Positions 37,846 to 50,783 of a stretch of DNA of 64,000 bases are shown piece after piece. The stretch is from Scyliorhinus canicula. Lineage: Eukaryota. The stretch is from NCBI RefSeq assembly GCF_902713615.1, contig NC_052172.1, forward strand, positions 310,001 to 374,000. The letters are read 5' to 3'. Positions within the stretch are counted from its first letter, which is position 1. Each line of letters opens with the position of its first letter. Position numbers and translations under genes: made by a program. Under the pieces are notes generated by a model. The model saw nothing but the letters and a program-made list of their open reading frames with translations, was not told the DNA's origin and searched no databases.

Positions 37846-37915
37846 GGTCCTGTGGCGCACGATCACGCGTCTGAATGCCGATCCGAAGGCTACGTGTTAA
37901 ATCACGTCAGGCTCA
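37846..37915 (+). pseudogene. tRNA-Trp pseudogene (same acceptor-stem type as 30021)
   Basis: GGTCCTGTGGCGCAC..GCGTCTGA..GAAGG..CGTGTTAAATCACGTCAGGCTCA. Confidence 0.7.
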
Positions 37916-38119
37916 CAGAGTTTTTCTGCTTGTTTCAGGATTTTATATCTGGATAAGTTCACTGTGTGGAGAAGTTCTGAAAATCACACAAAGATAGTGA
38001 GTGAAGTATGTTGTGAAAAGGACTGAAGCAGCTTACAGACGGATACAGAGAGGTTGAGTGAGTGACAGAAACCTGGCAGCTCCAAAGCAATGTGTAAAAA
38101 GCGCAAGGTTTCGCTTTGG

Positions 38120-39350
38120 CATAGAACATAGAACAGTACAGCACAGAACACGCCCTTTGGCCCTCGATGTTGTGCCGAGCATTGTCCGAAACCAAGATCA
38201 AGCTATCCCACTCCCTGTCAATCTGGTGTGCTCCATGTGCCTATCCAATAACCGCTTGAAAGTTCCTAAAATGTCCGACTCCACTATCACAGCAGGCAGT
38301 CCATTCCACACCCTAACCACTCTCTGAGTAAACAACCTACCGAGGACATCCCTCCTATATCTCCCACCCTGAATATTATAGCTATGCCCCCTTGTAACAG
38401 CTACATCAACCCGAGGAAATAGTCTCTGAACGTTCACTCTATCTATCCCCCTCATCATCTTATAAACCTCTATTAAGTCGCCTCTCATCCTCCTCCACTC
38501 CAAAGTGGAAAGCCCAAGCTCCCTCAACCATTCCTCATGAGACCTATCCTGCAAACCAGGCAGCATCCTGGTAAATCTCCTTTGCACCCTTTCCAATGCT
38601 TCCACATCCTTCCTATAATGAGATGACCAGAACTGCACACAGTACTCCAAATGTGGTCTCACCAGGGTCATATATAGTTGCAGCATAACCCCGCGGCTCT
38701 TAAACTCAAGCCCCCTGTTAATAAACACAAACACACTATAAGCCTTCTTCATGGCACTATCCACTTGAGTGGCAACTTTCAGAGATCTGTGGACATGAAC
38801 CCGAAGATCTCTCTGTTCCTACACATTCCTCAGAACACTGCAGTTTACCCTGTAATCCGCATTCAAATGTTTTCCACCAAAATGAATCACCTCGCACTTA
38901 TCAGGGTAAACTCCATCTGCCACTTTTCGGCCCAGCTCTGCATCCTATCAATGTCTCTTTGCAGCCTTCAACAGCCCTCCACCTCATCCACTACTCCACC
39001 AATCTTGGTGTCATCAGCAAATTTACTGACCCACCCTTCAGCCCCTTCCTCCAAGTCATTGATAAAAATCACAAATAGCAGAAGACCCAGCATTGATCAC
39101 TGTGGTACACTGCTGGCTACTGGTCTCCAGTCTGAAAATTTTCCATCCACATCACCGTCTGTCTTCTATCTGACAGCCAGTTACTTATCCAATTGGCCAA
39201 ATTTCCCTCTATCCCACACCTCTACTTTCTTCATCAGCTGGCCGTAGGGAAACTTATCAAACGCGTTACTAAAAGACACGTATACAACATCAACTGCTCT
39301 ACCTTGATCGACACACTTAGTTACCTCCTCAAATAATTCAATCAAGTTTG
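38120..39350 (-). mobile_element. 5'-truncated CR1 LINE
   Basis: ORF 38198-38764 with VRPHLEYCVQFWS; FADD region upstream; (TTCTATG)n tail. Confidence 0.9.
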
Positions 39351-39599
39351 AGCAGGTAGAGTAAAAATAAACAGAGCTTTACTTCCGTGTCCAACGGCTG
39401 CAGAATTACCACGGATCTCGGATTTCGAGTGCATGAGTCACGAAAACTGATTGTGTCAGTGCAACAAGTAATTAAGAAGGTGAGTAGAATTCTATCCTTA
39501 TTCTGAGAAGATTTGAACATAAAAGTAAGGGTGTTATTCTTGAGTTGTAAAGTCAATTGGTGAAACCACATCACAGGATCAGAGAATTGTTCCAGCGCA

Positions 39600-41370
39600 G
39601 AAAGAGGTCTTTTGGACAATCGTGTTTGCACCGTCTCTCCAAACAAGCATTACGACTTCATACCATTCCCCTGCCCTTTCCCCGAATTTCTCCATTTTAT
39701 TTCTATTCAAGGAATCACCTGATGCTCTCTTGAACGCTTCAGCTGAAGCTCCCTGCACCACACTTCCAGTTAGTGCATTCCAGATCCGAGACACTCGTTG
39801 TGCAAAAGTGCTTCTTTTTCAAACATCACATCTGCTTCCTTTGCAAATCAACTGAAATCTCTGTCCTCTCGTTCTTGCTCTTTTTACTCGGGGGAAATGT
39901 GTCTAACTATATACTCCGCCTAGCCGCCTCATGATTTTGAACATCTCGATCAAATCTCCTCTCAGCCTTATCCTCTCCAATGAGAACATTCCCAACATCT
40001 CTTATCTATCATCATTAATGGAACCATTCCTGTAACCCTCTTCTGCACGCTGCACAATACGTCCACAGCCTTCGAATATTGTGGCTCCCAGAGCTATGCA
40101 AAATATTCCAGCTGATGTCTGACTGCTGCCTTGTACCAATTCAGCATAACCTCCTTGCTCTTGTTCTCTTTTCTAGCAATAAAGCCCAGAATAAGATTTG
40201 CTTTATTCCCTGCTCTCTCCACCTGTCCTGCTACCTTCAAAGATCTATCCACACAGACACCCAGATCTCCCTGCTCCTTCATCCTATAAATATTTGAGGG
40301 GCAGCACGGTAGTATAGTGGTTAGCACTAGGGCTTCACAGCACCGGGTCTCAGGTTAGATGCCCGCTCGATCCATGGTCTGTGTTCTCCCTGTGTCTGTG
40401 TGGTTTTCCTCCGGGTCCTCTGGTTCCCTCCCACACTCCAAAAATGTGCAGGTCAGGTGGATTGGCCATGCTAGGTTAGATGGGGTTGCTGGGATACGGG
40501 GGCAGGATGGAGGTGTGGGCTTCAGTGGGGAGCGCTTTGTCGAGCCTGTGCAGATTCCATGGTCCGAATGGCCACCTTCTGCACTGTCAATTCTATGATT
40601 CTATACTTTACGACCAAAATGCATAATCTCACAAGTCTCCAAAATGAAAATCATCCTTTGTCGCTTGAAGGTCTAGACTGCCCACGTCTCAGTTTACAAA
40701 ATTGCTAAGTTTGTACCAACATCAAACTTTGAAACTGTTCCCTGAACACCATGATCTATCACATTGTTATATATCAGGGAAAGCAAATGTTCCAATAGGA
40801 ACCCATGTGGAACACTACAAACCTTCTTCCTGTCCAAAAAGTCTCCACTGACCATTACATTTTGTTTCTGATTATTCAGCCACATTTATATCCATATTGC
40901 TGCTGTGCCTTTTATTCCAGGAGCGATAACATTTCGCTGATTCTGTGCGGTTTTTGTCTCCTTATTTAGGGAAAGATGTCAATTCCTTGGAGACGGTTCA
41001 GAGGAGGTTTCCTCCATTGGTGCCAGTAATGAGCGGGTTTTCTATTGAGGAAAGGTTAGACAAACTGCACTTGTTTCCAGTGGAGATGTGAAGAGTAACA
41101 GTTGATCTGATTGAAGTCCATCAGGTTTTGAATGGTCTTGACAAGGTGGACGAGGAAAGGATGTCTCTGCTTGTGGGTGAGAGCAGAAATACTGGGCAGT
41201 GAAAACAAGGATGTCGCCCATGTACGGAGATGTGGAAATTTCTCACTCTCAGAGAGTTGTGCGGCTTTGGAACTCTGCCTCAGAAGGCGGCCGAAGCGGG
41301 ACATTGATTATTTTTAAGGCGGAGATTGAAAGATTCTTGTTCAGCAAATAAATCAAAGTTTTATCGGTGT
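39600..41370. mobile_element. Patchwork of old CR1 fragments with an HE1-like SINE at ~40299-40604 (+)
   Basis: EQGDLGVCVDRSLK; SINE head GGGCAGCACGGTAG. Confidence 0.65.
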
Positions 41371-41623
41371 TGCATACAAATTTTGCATTCAGCCAACTAC
41401 CTGGATGTACAAGCGTTCGTTTGATTTACTTGATATATGGGGGTAAACTCACAGTCCTACACCATGGTCAAATGGTCTTTAAATGTCGTGTTTGTTTCTT
41501 CACGTGTTCTGCATTGATATATTCTCTGGAGCTCAGACCTGCTCCCGATTTCTGTCAATGACACCATACCGATGGTACTGATTTTAAAAAATAGGGCTTG
41601 CCTGGGATTTTAACCCAGGACCA

Positions 41624-42392
41624 TGTGTTCAACTCCTCTCTCTCCTTATTTCTCACTTCGCTAGCACGTGGCACGGGTGACAACCCAGAGATAACAACTC
41701 TGTTTGTTCTAGCTCTCAGCTTCCACCCTAGCTCCCTGAATTTCTGTCTCAAATCCCCATCTCTCTTCCTACCTATGTCGTTGGTACCTATGTGGACCAC
41801 GACTTGGGGCTGCTCCCCCTCCCCCTTAAGGATCTCAAAAACACGATCAGAGACATCGCGAACCCTGGCAGCTGGGAGGCAACACACCAACCGTGAGTCT
41901 CTTTCATTCCCACAGGACCTCCTGTCTGTTCCTCTAACTATGGAGTCCCCAATGACAAGTGCTCTGTTCCTCTTCTCCCTTCCCTTCTGAGCAACAGGGA
42001 CAGACTCTGTGCCAGTGACCTGTGCCCTATTGCTTATCCCCTGGTAAGTCGTCACCCGCAAAATTATCCAAAACGGTATACTTGTTATAGAGGGGAACGA
42101 CCACAGGGGATTCCTGCACTGCCTGCCCGTTCCATCTCCCTCCCCTGACGGTAACCCATCTACCTTCTTCTTTTACCTGAGGTGTGACTACCTCCCTATA
42201 ACTCCTCTCAATAACCTCCTCCGCCTCCCGAATGATCCGAAATTCATCCAGCTCCAGCTCCAGCTCCCTAACGCGGTTCTCGAGGAGCTGGAGTTGGGTG
42301 CACTTCCCGCAGATGTAGTCAGCAGGGACACTAGAGGTGACCCTTTCCTCCCACATTCTGCAGGAGGAACATTCAACTGCCCTAGCCTCCAT
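41624..42392 (-). mobile_element. CR1 LINE ORF1 fragment (zinc finger/leucine zipper plus SGNH esterase), frameshifted
   Basis: CSSC..CGKC..LENRVRELELEL; VIGDSIVR, CLPAARV, VHIGTND. Confidence 0.88.
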
Positions 42393-42654
42393 TCCCACTG
42401 AACTAACTTCCCAACTACTGAAAACTAAAAAAACAAAAACTTGTTAGTTTAGCAATCCAACAGACAGAAGTTTTTTTTTTGGTTAGAGGAGGAGGATGGG
42501 TGGGAGACACTACGTAAGTAGTGTTTCGGGTAAAGCTGTCACTCGAGAACAGCCCCTTCACAAACCACCTTCAACTTACGCTGACCGCACTGCACGTATG
42601 CAAATCTCCCTGGAACTGCCAATCAGAAGCTCTGCTCTGCTGCCCTCTGCTGGA

Positions 42655-43085
42655 AATAGGTATGATGTGGTGGGGATTACTGAAACATGGTTGCAGGGGA
42701 TCAGAACTGGATGAATAATGTCCAATGTCCAGCATTCCGAAAGGATAGACAGGACAGAACAGGAGGTGGAGTTGTTTTATTGCTTCAAGATGACATCCAG
42801 GCAGTATTAAGAAATGATATTGGCACTAAGGGCCAAAAGGTTGAATCGATCTGGGTGGAAATAAAAAGACAAGGGCAAAAACTTGTTTTTAACGGCCCCC
42901 GAGCAATCTTCCAAAGTGAGAGGTAGTATAAACCAAAATATAATGAGTGCTTGTGAGAAGGATACAGCCGTAATCATGGGTGATTTTAATTTGCATATTG
43001 ACTGGATTAATCAAGTTGCCAAGGGTAGCCTCGAGGAAATTTTATAGAGTGCACAAGGGATTGTTTCTGAGAGCAATATGTTATG
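42655..43085 (+). mobile_element. CR1 ORF2 endonuclease fragment
   Basis: YDVVGITETWL, RKDR..GGGV, ESIWVEI, MGDFN. Confidence 0.8.
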
Positions 43086-43089
43086 GGAC

Positions 43090-43821
43090 TGTAGGATGGG
43101 ATTCCGATCACCATCCACACCAGAAATTCGCTGATGCAGTCACATTGGGGAGAGGCCATACACCTGCTCCGAGTGTGGGAAGGGATTCACTCACTCATCT
43201 GACCTGCTGAAACACCAGTGAAGTCACACTCTGGAACGACCTTACACCTGTTCCTTGTGTCAGAAAGGATTCACCACGACATCCAATCTGTCCGCACACT
43301 TGTGAGTTCACACTGGGGAGGGGCCTTTCACCTGCTCTGTGTGTCAGAGGGGGTTTCAAAACCACATCCAACCTATTCACACACCAGCGAGTTCACACTG
43401 GGGAGAGACCATTCACCTGCTCTGTGTATGGGAAGGGATTCACTCTGTCGTGTCACCTAACTGAACAGCAACTTGTTCATACTGACCAGAGACCATTTCA
43501 ATGCCCTGAGTGTGAGAAAAGCTTTAAACGCATAAAGCAGCTGCTGGAACACCAACAGCCTCAAACTGGGGGAGGCCATTCCCCTGCTCCGTGTGTGGGA
43601 AAGCATTTCCTCGGTTATTCCATCTGCAGCAACACCAACTAGTTCACAGTGATCAGAGACCTTTCCAATGTCCTGACTGTGAGAAGAGCTTTAAAAGGAG
43701 CAATGATCTGCGGCAACACCAACACACTCACTCTGGAGAGAGGCCATTCCCCTGCTCCGTGTGTGGGAAGGGATTCACTCGGCCATCCAATCGGCTGCAT
43801 AATCAGCGAGTTCACATGTGA
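43090..43821 (+). pseudogene. C2H2 (Krueppel-type) zinc-finger array pseudogene, ~9 fingers
   Basis: Repeated HTGERPFTCSVCGKGF-type linkers; in-frame TGA stops and frameshifts. Confidence 0.85.
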
Positions 43822-44668
43822 CTGCCGGGTTTGGATTCTGCTGTTAATCAGACTGAATCCTTATCACCCTGACTGTCAGAGTTTAATTGTTGTGTTCTGA
43901 ATCTCTCCTAAAACTGTCCTGTAAATTTTGAGGTCTATTAAATCAATTATTCTTGTTTGAAATGCACACTATTTTGAGTTCTTAAATTCTCAAAGATAAG
44001 TGGAGATTAATTGATGTCTGGTTACTGACTGTTCTATTGTTCAATTTTCTCTCATTTCCATGTCTGAAATTATTTCAGTTTTCCTCCCTTCAATTACTGT
44101 CAGGGACAAGTGTCATCTCCTCATACCTTCCAGAGTGTCTCTCAGCCTTGGTAATCAGGGAAGGGGGTCAGTAACATTCCCAGGGTTTCTAAACACAATA
44201 CCCAGTCTATGAATCATTTTCAGCTCCTGGACTTCCTGTGTGTACCACAGCATCTCTCTCACCTTTAATTTAGTTTCTGAACACATCAACACACTTACAA
44301 TGATAACAGAAAATTACTGAGGGTGCTGGAATCTGAAACAAAACCAGAAAATGCTGGACGATCACAGCAGGTCTGACAGCATCTGTGGAGAGAGAAGGGA
44401 GCTAACGTTTCCAGTCTGAATGAATCAGCTTTGGCAGAGAAAGTAGAATGGGAAAGGTGGCCAAACCAAGGTTTGCAAGGGAAATTGGACACAGTATTTG
44501 ATGCAAGGAAGGAGCCCACAAAGTGACCAGGAAAACCAACAGGTCTGATGATTGGGAGAAGTTTAGAATTCAGCACAGAAGGCTCAAGGGATTGATTAAG
44601 AAGGGGAAAATATAGTACGAGAGTAATGTTGCAGGGAATATAACAGACTGTAATATTATCTATAGGTC

Positions 44669-44975
44669 CATAGAACATACAGTGCAGAAGGAAGCCATTG
44701 AGTCTGCAGCGACCCACTGAAGCCCTCACTTCCACCCTATCCCCGTAACCCATTACCCCACCTAACCTTTTTGGTCACACAGGGCTATTTGTCATGGCCA
44801 ATCCACTTAACCTGCACGTCTTTGGACTGTGGGAGGAAACCAGAGCACCCAGAGGAAACCCACGCAGACACCAGGAGAATGTGAAGACTCCGCACAGTGA
44901 CTCAGTGGGGAATTGAACCTAGGACACTGGCGCTGTGAATCCACAGTGCTAGCCACTTGTGCTACCATGCTGCCC
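44669..44975 (-). mobile_element. HE1-like SINE inserted in CR1 remnants (~44430-45610)
   Basis: Head GGGCAGCATGGTAGC; central block; tail. Confidence 0.8.
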
Positions 44976-46454
44976 AGAAAATAAAAATATTGGTGAAGAC
45001 AAAAGTAGATCCTTTACAGTCAGAAACAGGAGAATGTATAATAGACGATAAAGAAATGGCTGAACAGCTAAATACATACTTTGGTTCTGTCTTCACAAAT
45101 GAAAACACAAATAAGAGTCGGACATAAGGCCTATTTTTCAAATTGGCAGGCATTGAGTGGTGGGGCACCGCAGGGATCGGTGCTCAGACTGCAGCTGATC
45201 ACAATGTATGATTTTGTGGAAGGTAAAAATGTAACATCTCCATATTTGCAGATGGCACCATGTTTGGTGGGAGGCTGAGCTGTGAGGAGGATGCAGAGAT
45301 CCTTCAGAGTGATTTGGACAAGTTGAGTGAGTGGGGTAATGAATGGCAGATGCAGTATAATATGGATAAATACGAAGTCACCTTCTGAGGTTGCAGACGA
45401 TTATCTGAATAGCTATAAATTAGGAGGGGGAAATGTGGAACAAGAGCTGGGTGTCCTCGTACACCAGTCACTGAAGGTAAGCATGCAGGTACAGCAAGCG
45501 GATGGTATGTTGGCCTTCATTGCGAGAGGTTTTGAGTACAGGAGCAGGGATGTTTTGTTGTGATTATCCAGGGCCTTGGTGAGGCCACACCTGAGATATT
45601 ATGTGAGTTTTAGGATTGTCATTCTGTGGCACTGACTGTGATGGTTAGTTTAATTCTGTATCTGACAGTGTTGGACATTAGTTCTGCAGTCGCCAGTGTC
45701 TGAGGCACTGTATGAAATTTGCTTCTATCATTTTACCACCATTGGAAATGGAAGTCTGGTCAGAAATTGTCTGTCACTGTCACAAATTCCATTATCAGCG
45801 AATGGACTGCAGCGGTTCAAGAAGGCAGCTCAGCGCCACCTCCTCAAGGGCAATTAGGGATGGACAATAAATGCTGATCCTGCCAGCGACGCCCACATTC
45901 CATGAAGGAATTAAAAGACAATCTGCGGGCTCCGGGCCTCAGAGTGTTTAACAGTTAGTGAGGTGAAAACTGGAACTAACCCCCTGGAATCCGGAGCTGG
46001 GACCTTCCATTTGGTGAAAGTTTTGGTGTGTGAATGTGTAGATGTGAATATTGTGTGAGAGAGAGTGTATGAAGGGGCGGGTGGGTCTGACTAATGGAAC
46101 TGTGTTTGTGTGTCTGTTCTGATCAGGAGATCTCACAGTCTCTCTTATGGAAAATAAAATTATTTTTCAATCAAAGGATCCCCTTAATGTCCTGCTCAGC
46201 CCCAAAGTTTGATTTCAGGACAATGGTTTTGTTAAATTGAAGATTTGAGTGGAAAAGTAGGGAACATGTCAGCTATCGCGTGTGAGAGCGAGATCAGTGC
46301 AGCAGTAAAACGGGGTTAAATGGAAAATGGAGACCTCAATTCGAGTGAAAGCTTTTCAACAGCAAACATTGGAGTGTGGGAGACATGAAGGATGCAGCCT
46401 GGATCTGTGGAGAATGGGAATTTGAGTGGAATTGGAGAGTTTGCGAGGAGAGAG

Positions 46455-46461
46455 AAACACA
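46455..46461 (+). promoter_or_regulatory. H1 AC-box
   Basis: AAACACA about 145 bp upstream of the H1 ATG. Confidence 0.65.
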
Positions 46462-46600
46462 GAGAGGCTGGAGGAGCCGGCAGCTGACATCAGCTCTCTG
46501 CTCCGTCCGCTCTCTGCCTTTAAGTTGCTCTGTGCCGCCACCACTGGTTTCATTCCTGATTCAGTTCTGACTGTCACACATTTTCTACACAGCCTCGGAT

Positions 46601-47266
46601 ATGACTGAAACTGCAGCCGCCCAAACGGCTCCTCCAGCCGCTCCTGCTCCAGTCAAATCTCCCAGGAAGAAGAAGGCGGCTCCCCGATCTAAGGCAGCCG
46701 CTCCCAAGTTAGGCGAGCAGATCCTCCAGCTTGTGGCGGGGTGCAGCGATCGCAACGGGATGTCCCTGTTCGCCATAAAGAAAGCTTTGTCTGGCAGCGG
46801 AGTGGATGTGGCCAAGCGCGGCTCCCAGATCAGGTTAACTATCAAGAGGAAGGTGGAGAAAGGCTCCCTGGTGCAGACAAAGGGACAGGGCGCCTCCGGA
46901 TCCTTCAAAATCCCCAAGAAGGAAAGCCAGGGGAAAATGGGAAAGGTGAAGAAACCAACAGCCAAGAAATCTTTAGTGAAGAAAACAGCGGCCAAGAAGG
47001 TGAGAACAAAGAAAACAGCAGCTCAAAAATCTCCAGCCAAGAAGTCCGCAGCCAAGAAAACTCCAGTGAAGAAATCAACAGTCAGGAAAACAAGCAGCAA
47101 GAAGGCGGCAGCTGCAAAAAAGGCGGTGAAGAAAGCAGCGCTGAAGAAAAAGTCTCCTGGGAAGAAGGTCAGGGGCGGAAAGCCTTTAACAAAAGTGAAT
47201 CAATGGAAGGCCAAGCCCAAAGTGAAAGCAGCAAAGGCTAAGAAAGCAGCGCCAGGAAAGAAGTGA
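46601..47266 (+). CDS. H1: Linker histone H1, 221 aa
   Basis: Globular domain with GMSLFAIKKAL and LVQTKGQGASGSFK; K/A-rich tail; stem-loop downstream. Confidence 0.95.
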   Translation: MTETAAAQTAPPAAPAPVKSPRKKKAAPRSKAAAPKLGEQILQLVAGCSDRNGMSLFAIKKALSGSGVDVAKRGSQIRLTIKRKVEKGSLVQTKGQGASGSFKIPKKESQGKMGKVKKPTAKKSLVKKTAAKKVRTKKTAAQKSPAKKSAAKKTPVKKSTVRKTSSKKAAAAKKAVKKAALKKKSPGKKVRGGKPLTKVNQWKAKPKVKAAKAKKAAPGKK

Positions 47267-47302
47267 AAGAACGCGAGCAAATTGTAAACCTCTGAACCCA
47301 AA

Positions 47303-47318
47303 GGCTCTTCTCAGAGCC
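47303..47318 (+). terminator. Histone 3' stem-loop of H1 (UCUC loop)
   Basis: GGCTCTTCTCAGAGCC; GGAAAGAGCTG downstream. Confidence 0.93.
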
Positions 47319-47798
47319 GCCCACATCTCTCAGGAAAGAGCTGATCCCCCTTCAATTGATCCCTGTGCCGGCGCTGGGAGCAGATTTCAGATAGAAATGA
47401 TTGATATGAAATGGAAGGTTGCCGGTTTCTCACTGACATGCGCTGTACCCAGCATCTCCCTCACTCTGTAATAAAACACAGGGATGTCCGGGCCCCATTG
47501 CAACTGGGGATATGTCCGGCTGCTCTCTCAGTTTCTGCTCGTTTCCTTTTCACAGATTCAGGGGGAAGAGTGTGTGAGACAGGAACCCGGGCGGAAAAAG
47601 CCCGCCTCACAACTCAAAGCCCAACACATGAGTTTGTCTCGTTCAGCTGGAGTGAAGTGTTAGGAAATTGTCCAACCGTCTGGGAGGGGAGGTGTGTGGG
47701 GATGGAGCAGAAACTGGGATTGAAGTGGGAGCAGACGGGCTCACTGGCTCTGGAATAGACTGGATTTCGGCGGGAATATGACGAAATGTTAATTGTAA

Positions 47799-48074
<276 letters not shown>

Positions 48075-48324
48075 ACATACATTTAACAATTTGACAAAAC
48101 CCAAAGGCTCTTTTAAGAGCCGTCCAATCCCTCACATTGAGAGCACTGACCTTAGAATGGCACCAGAATAACGCATGCACGATGGTTTTGCGAGTCATAA
48201 CTTGGATACCTCGATTTCCTGTTCAGACGGGTTGCGTTAGAGCAAGAAATCCTTTCCTATCATTGACAATCCTATCAAGTCAAACCTGTAACCACGCATA
48301 ATGAACACTGACATTGATCAGAGA

Positions 48325-48453
48325 AGTCTTACAACACCAGGTTCAAGTCCAACAGGTTTGTTTCAAACACGAGCTTTCGGAGCACTGCTCCTTCCTCAGG
48401 TGAATCAAAATTCTTACTGTGCTCACCCCAGTCCAACGCCGGCATCTCCATAT
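48325..48453 (+). mobile_element. Penelope-type fold-back insertion, right arm mostly missing; hammerhead motif on minus at 48368-48402
   Basis: Same arm and tail as 8441; TSD CATTG(A/T)TCAGAGA at 48312-48324 and 48454-48466. Confidence 0.8.
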
Positions 48454-48968
48454 CATTGTTCAGAGACACTGTTTGCATAACTGATCTGTAAACACCTCCT
48501 CCGTCCATCTCCCCAAGACCAGTCGCTAAACGAGTCAGTCAACGTTCCCTTTAATAGCTTACGCTTTGCAATGAAATAAACGATATCACTGATCGGATTA
48601 AAATTATACAGAATTCCGCCCCTCGATAGGAGCTTTATCCCAGTCTGTTGTAGAACAATAAGGGAGTAAATCTGAATTTAATCCGGGTGCTCAGGCATTG
48701 AGTCGAATCTGAGACAAAACGGGAGCAGGAATCATTGAGAAGTTTTTGATATTCACAACTTCAGATTCAATTATTTCGGTTTTCCCAAATATCCGTTCCT
48801 TGTCCCTGTGAAATTGGCGGGCTTTTTGAAATTGATGTTTTGTCAGTTGCAGGTCCACCAATCAGGGCCCTGACATCCTTGCCGCCCATCGCTCTTTTCA
48901 AACATGTCCACGGGATCGGGCTGCATCCAATGAGGAGAAGAGGGCGGTCACTATAATGCCTTAAATAG

Positions 48969-49436
<468 letters not shown>

Positions 49437-49465
49437 AACCCGGCTTCACCAATAATAACAACAAA

Positions 49466-49481
49466 GGCTCTTTTAAGAGCC
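49466..49481 (+). terminator. Histone 3' stem-loop of H3
   Basis: GGCTCTTTTAAGAGCC-ACCAA. Confidence 0.95.
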
Positions 49482-49616
49482 ACCAAGTCTGTCAGGAAGG
49501 GAGCTTCTCCTCTCAGTTGACGTGTGATTTCAAATATAAGCATCGGCTTTCGGATGGTTTAGTGACATTCACACATACACCAGAATTAATCGGATGGACC
49601 ACGGGTCACACTTTTA

Positions 49617-49778
49617 TGAAATGAAAATGGCTTATTGTCACGAGTAGGCTTCAAATGAAGTTATTGTGAAAAGCCCCTAGTCGCCACATTGCGGCGCTTG
49701 TTCAGGGAGGCTGGAACGGGAATTGAACCGTGCTCCTGGCCTGCCTTGGACTGCTTTAGCCTTGTGCTAAAGCAGCCC
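49617..49778 (-). mobile_element. SINE with (CATTT)-type tail
   Basis: Same family as 9675 and 20780. Confidence 0.75.
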
Positions 49779-50299
49779 GCAGAGAATGGGTGGCTCTGAA
49801 AAAGCCTCCCGGTCCTGGTTAAGAGTCGCTAAATCGACAAATAAATGCTGCGACCTCCTGTTACTGGTTCCAACGCTGAAGCCTCTCAAAATTACAATTT
49901 ACGCTCCATTGCAATGGAGTTTCTCTCGTCTCCTTATCTCTGAAGGAGAATTGATGTTAATATGAGGCTCCGAGTAAGAAACGAGTCACAAATATTAACT
50001 TATTGCACAAACATCTACACATTAAATAGTCGAGCAGAAACTTCCGGAGAGATTTCAGATCGCAGACTTCCCTATATGAGCAATATTATTGAAACTAAGA
50101 TCATTTCTGTTCACATACTTTTATCCCCAATAAACACCGTCAATTCACATGTATCATATATACGGAATATATAAATAATGTCGCGCACAGAATGCTCTAA
50201 GGATTGACGTCGCAAAGCGTAAAACATTTGCAGATTAAGCAACAGAGCAGAATCTCTGACGATCAGACAATAGTTAGGCCTTTTTCAGATAAAGTGAGT

Positions 50300-50315
50300 G
50301 GCTCTGAAAAGAGCC
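50300..50315 (-). terminator. Histone 3' stem-loop of H2A
   Basis: Minus strand GGCTCTTTTCAGAGCC. Confidence 0.95.
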
Positions 50316-50345
50316 TTTGGGTTATTAGATTAAAGAATGGTCGCT

Positions 50346-50783
<438 letters not shown>

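Noticed and set aside
43591-43821. Functional zinc-finger gene
   Set aside because: Upstream fingers contain stops and frameshifts, and the 5' side is CR1 sequence.
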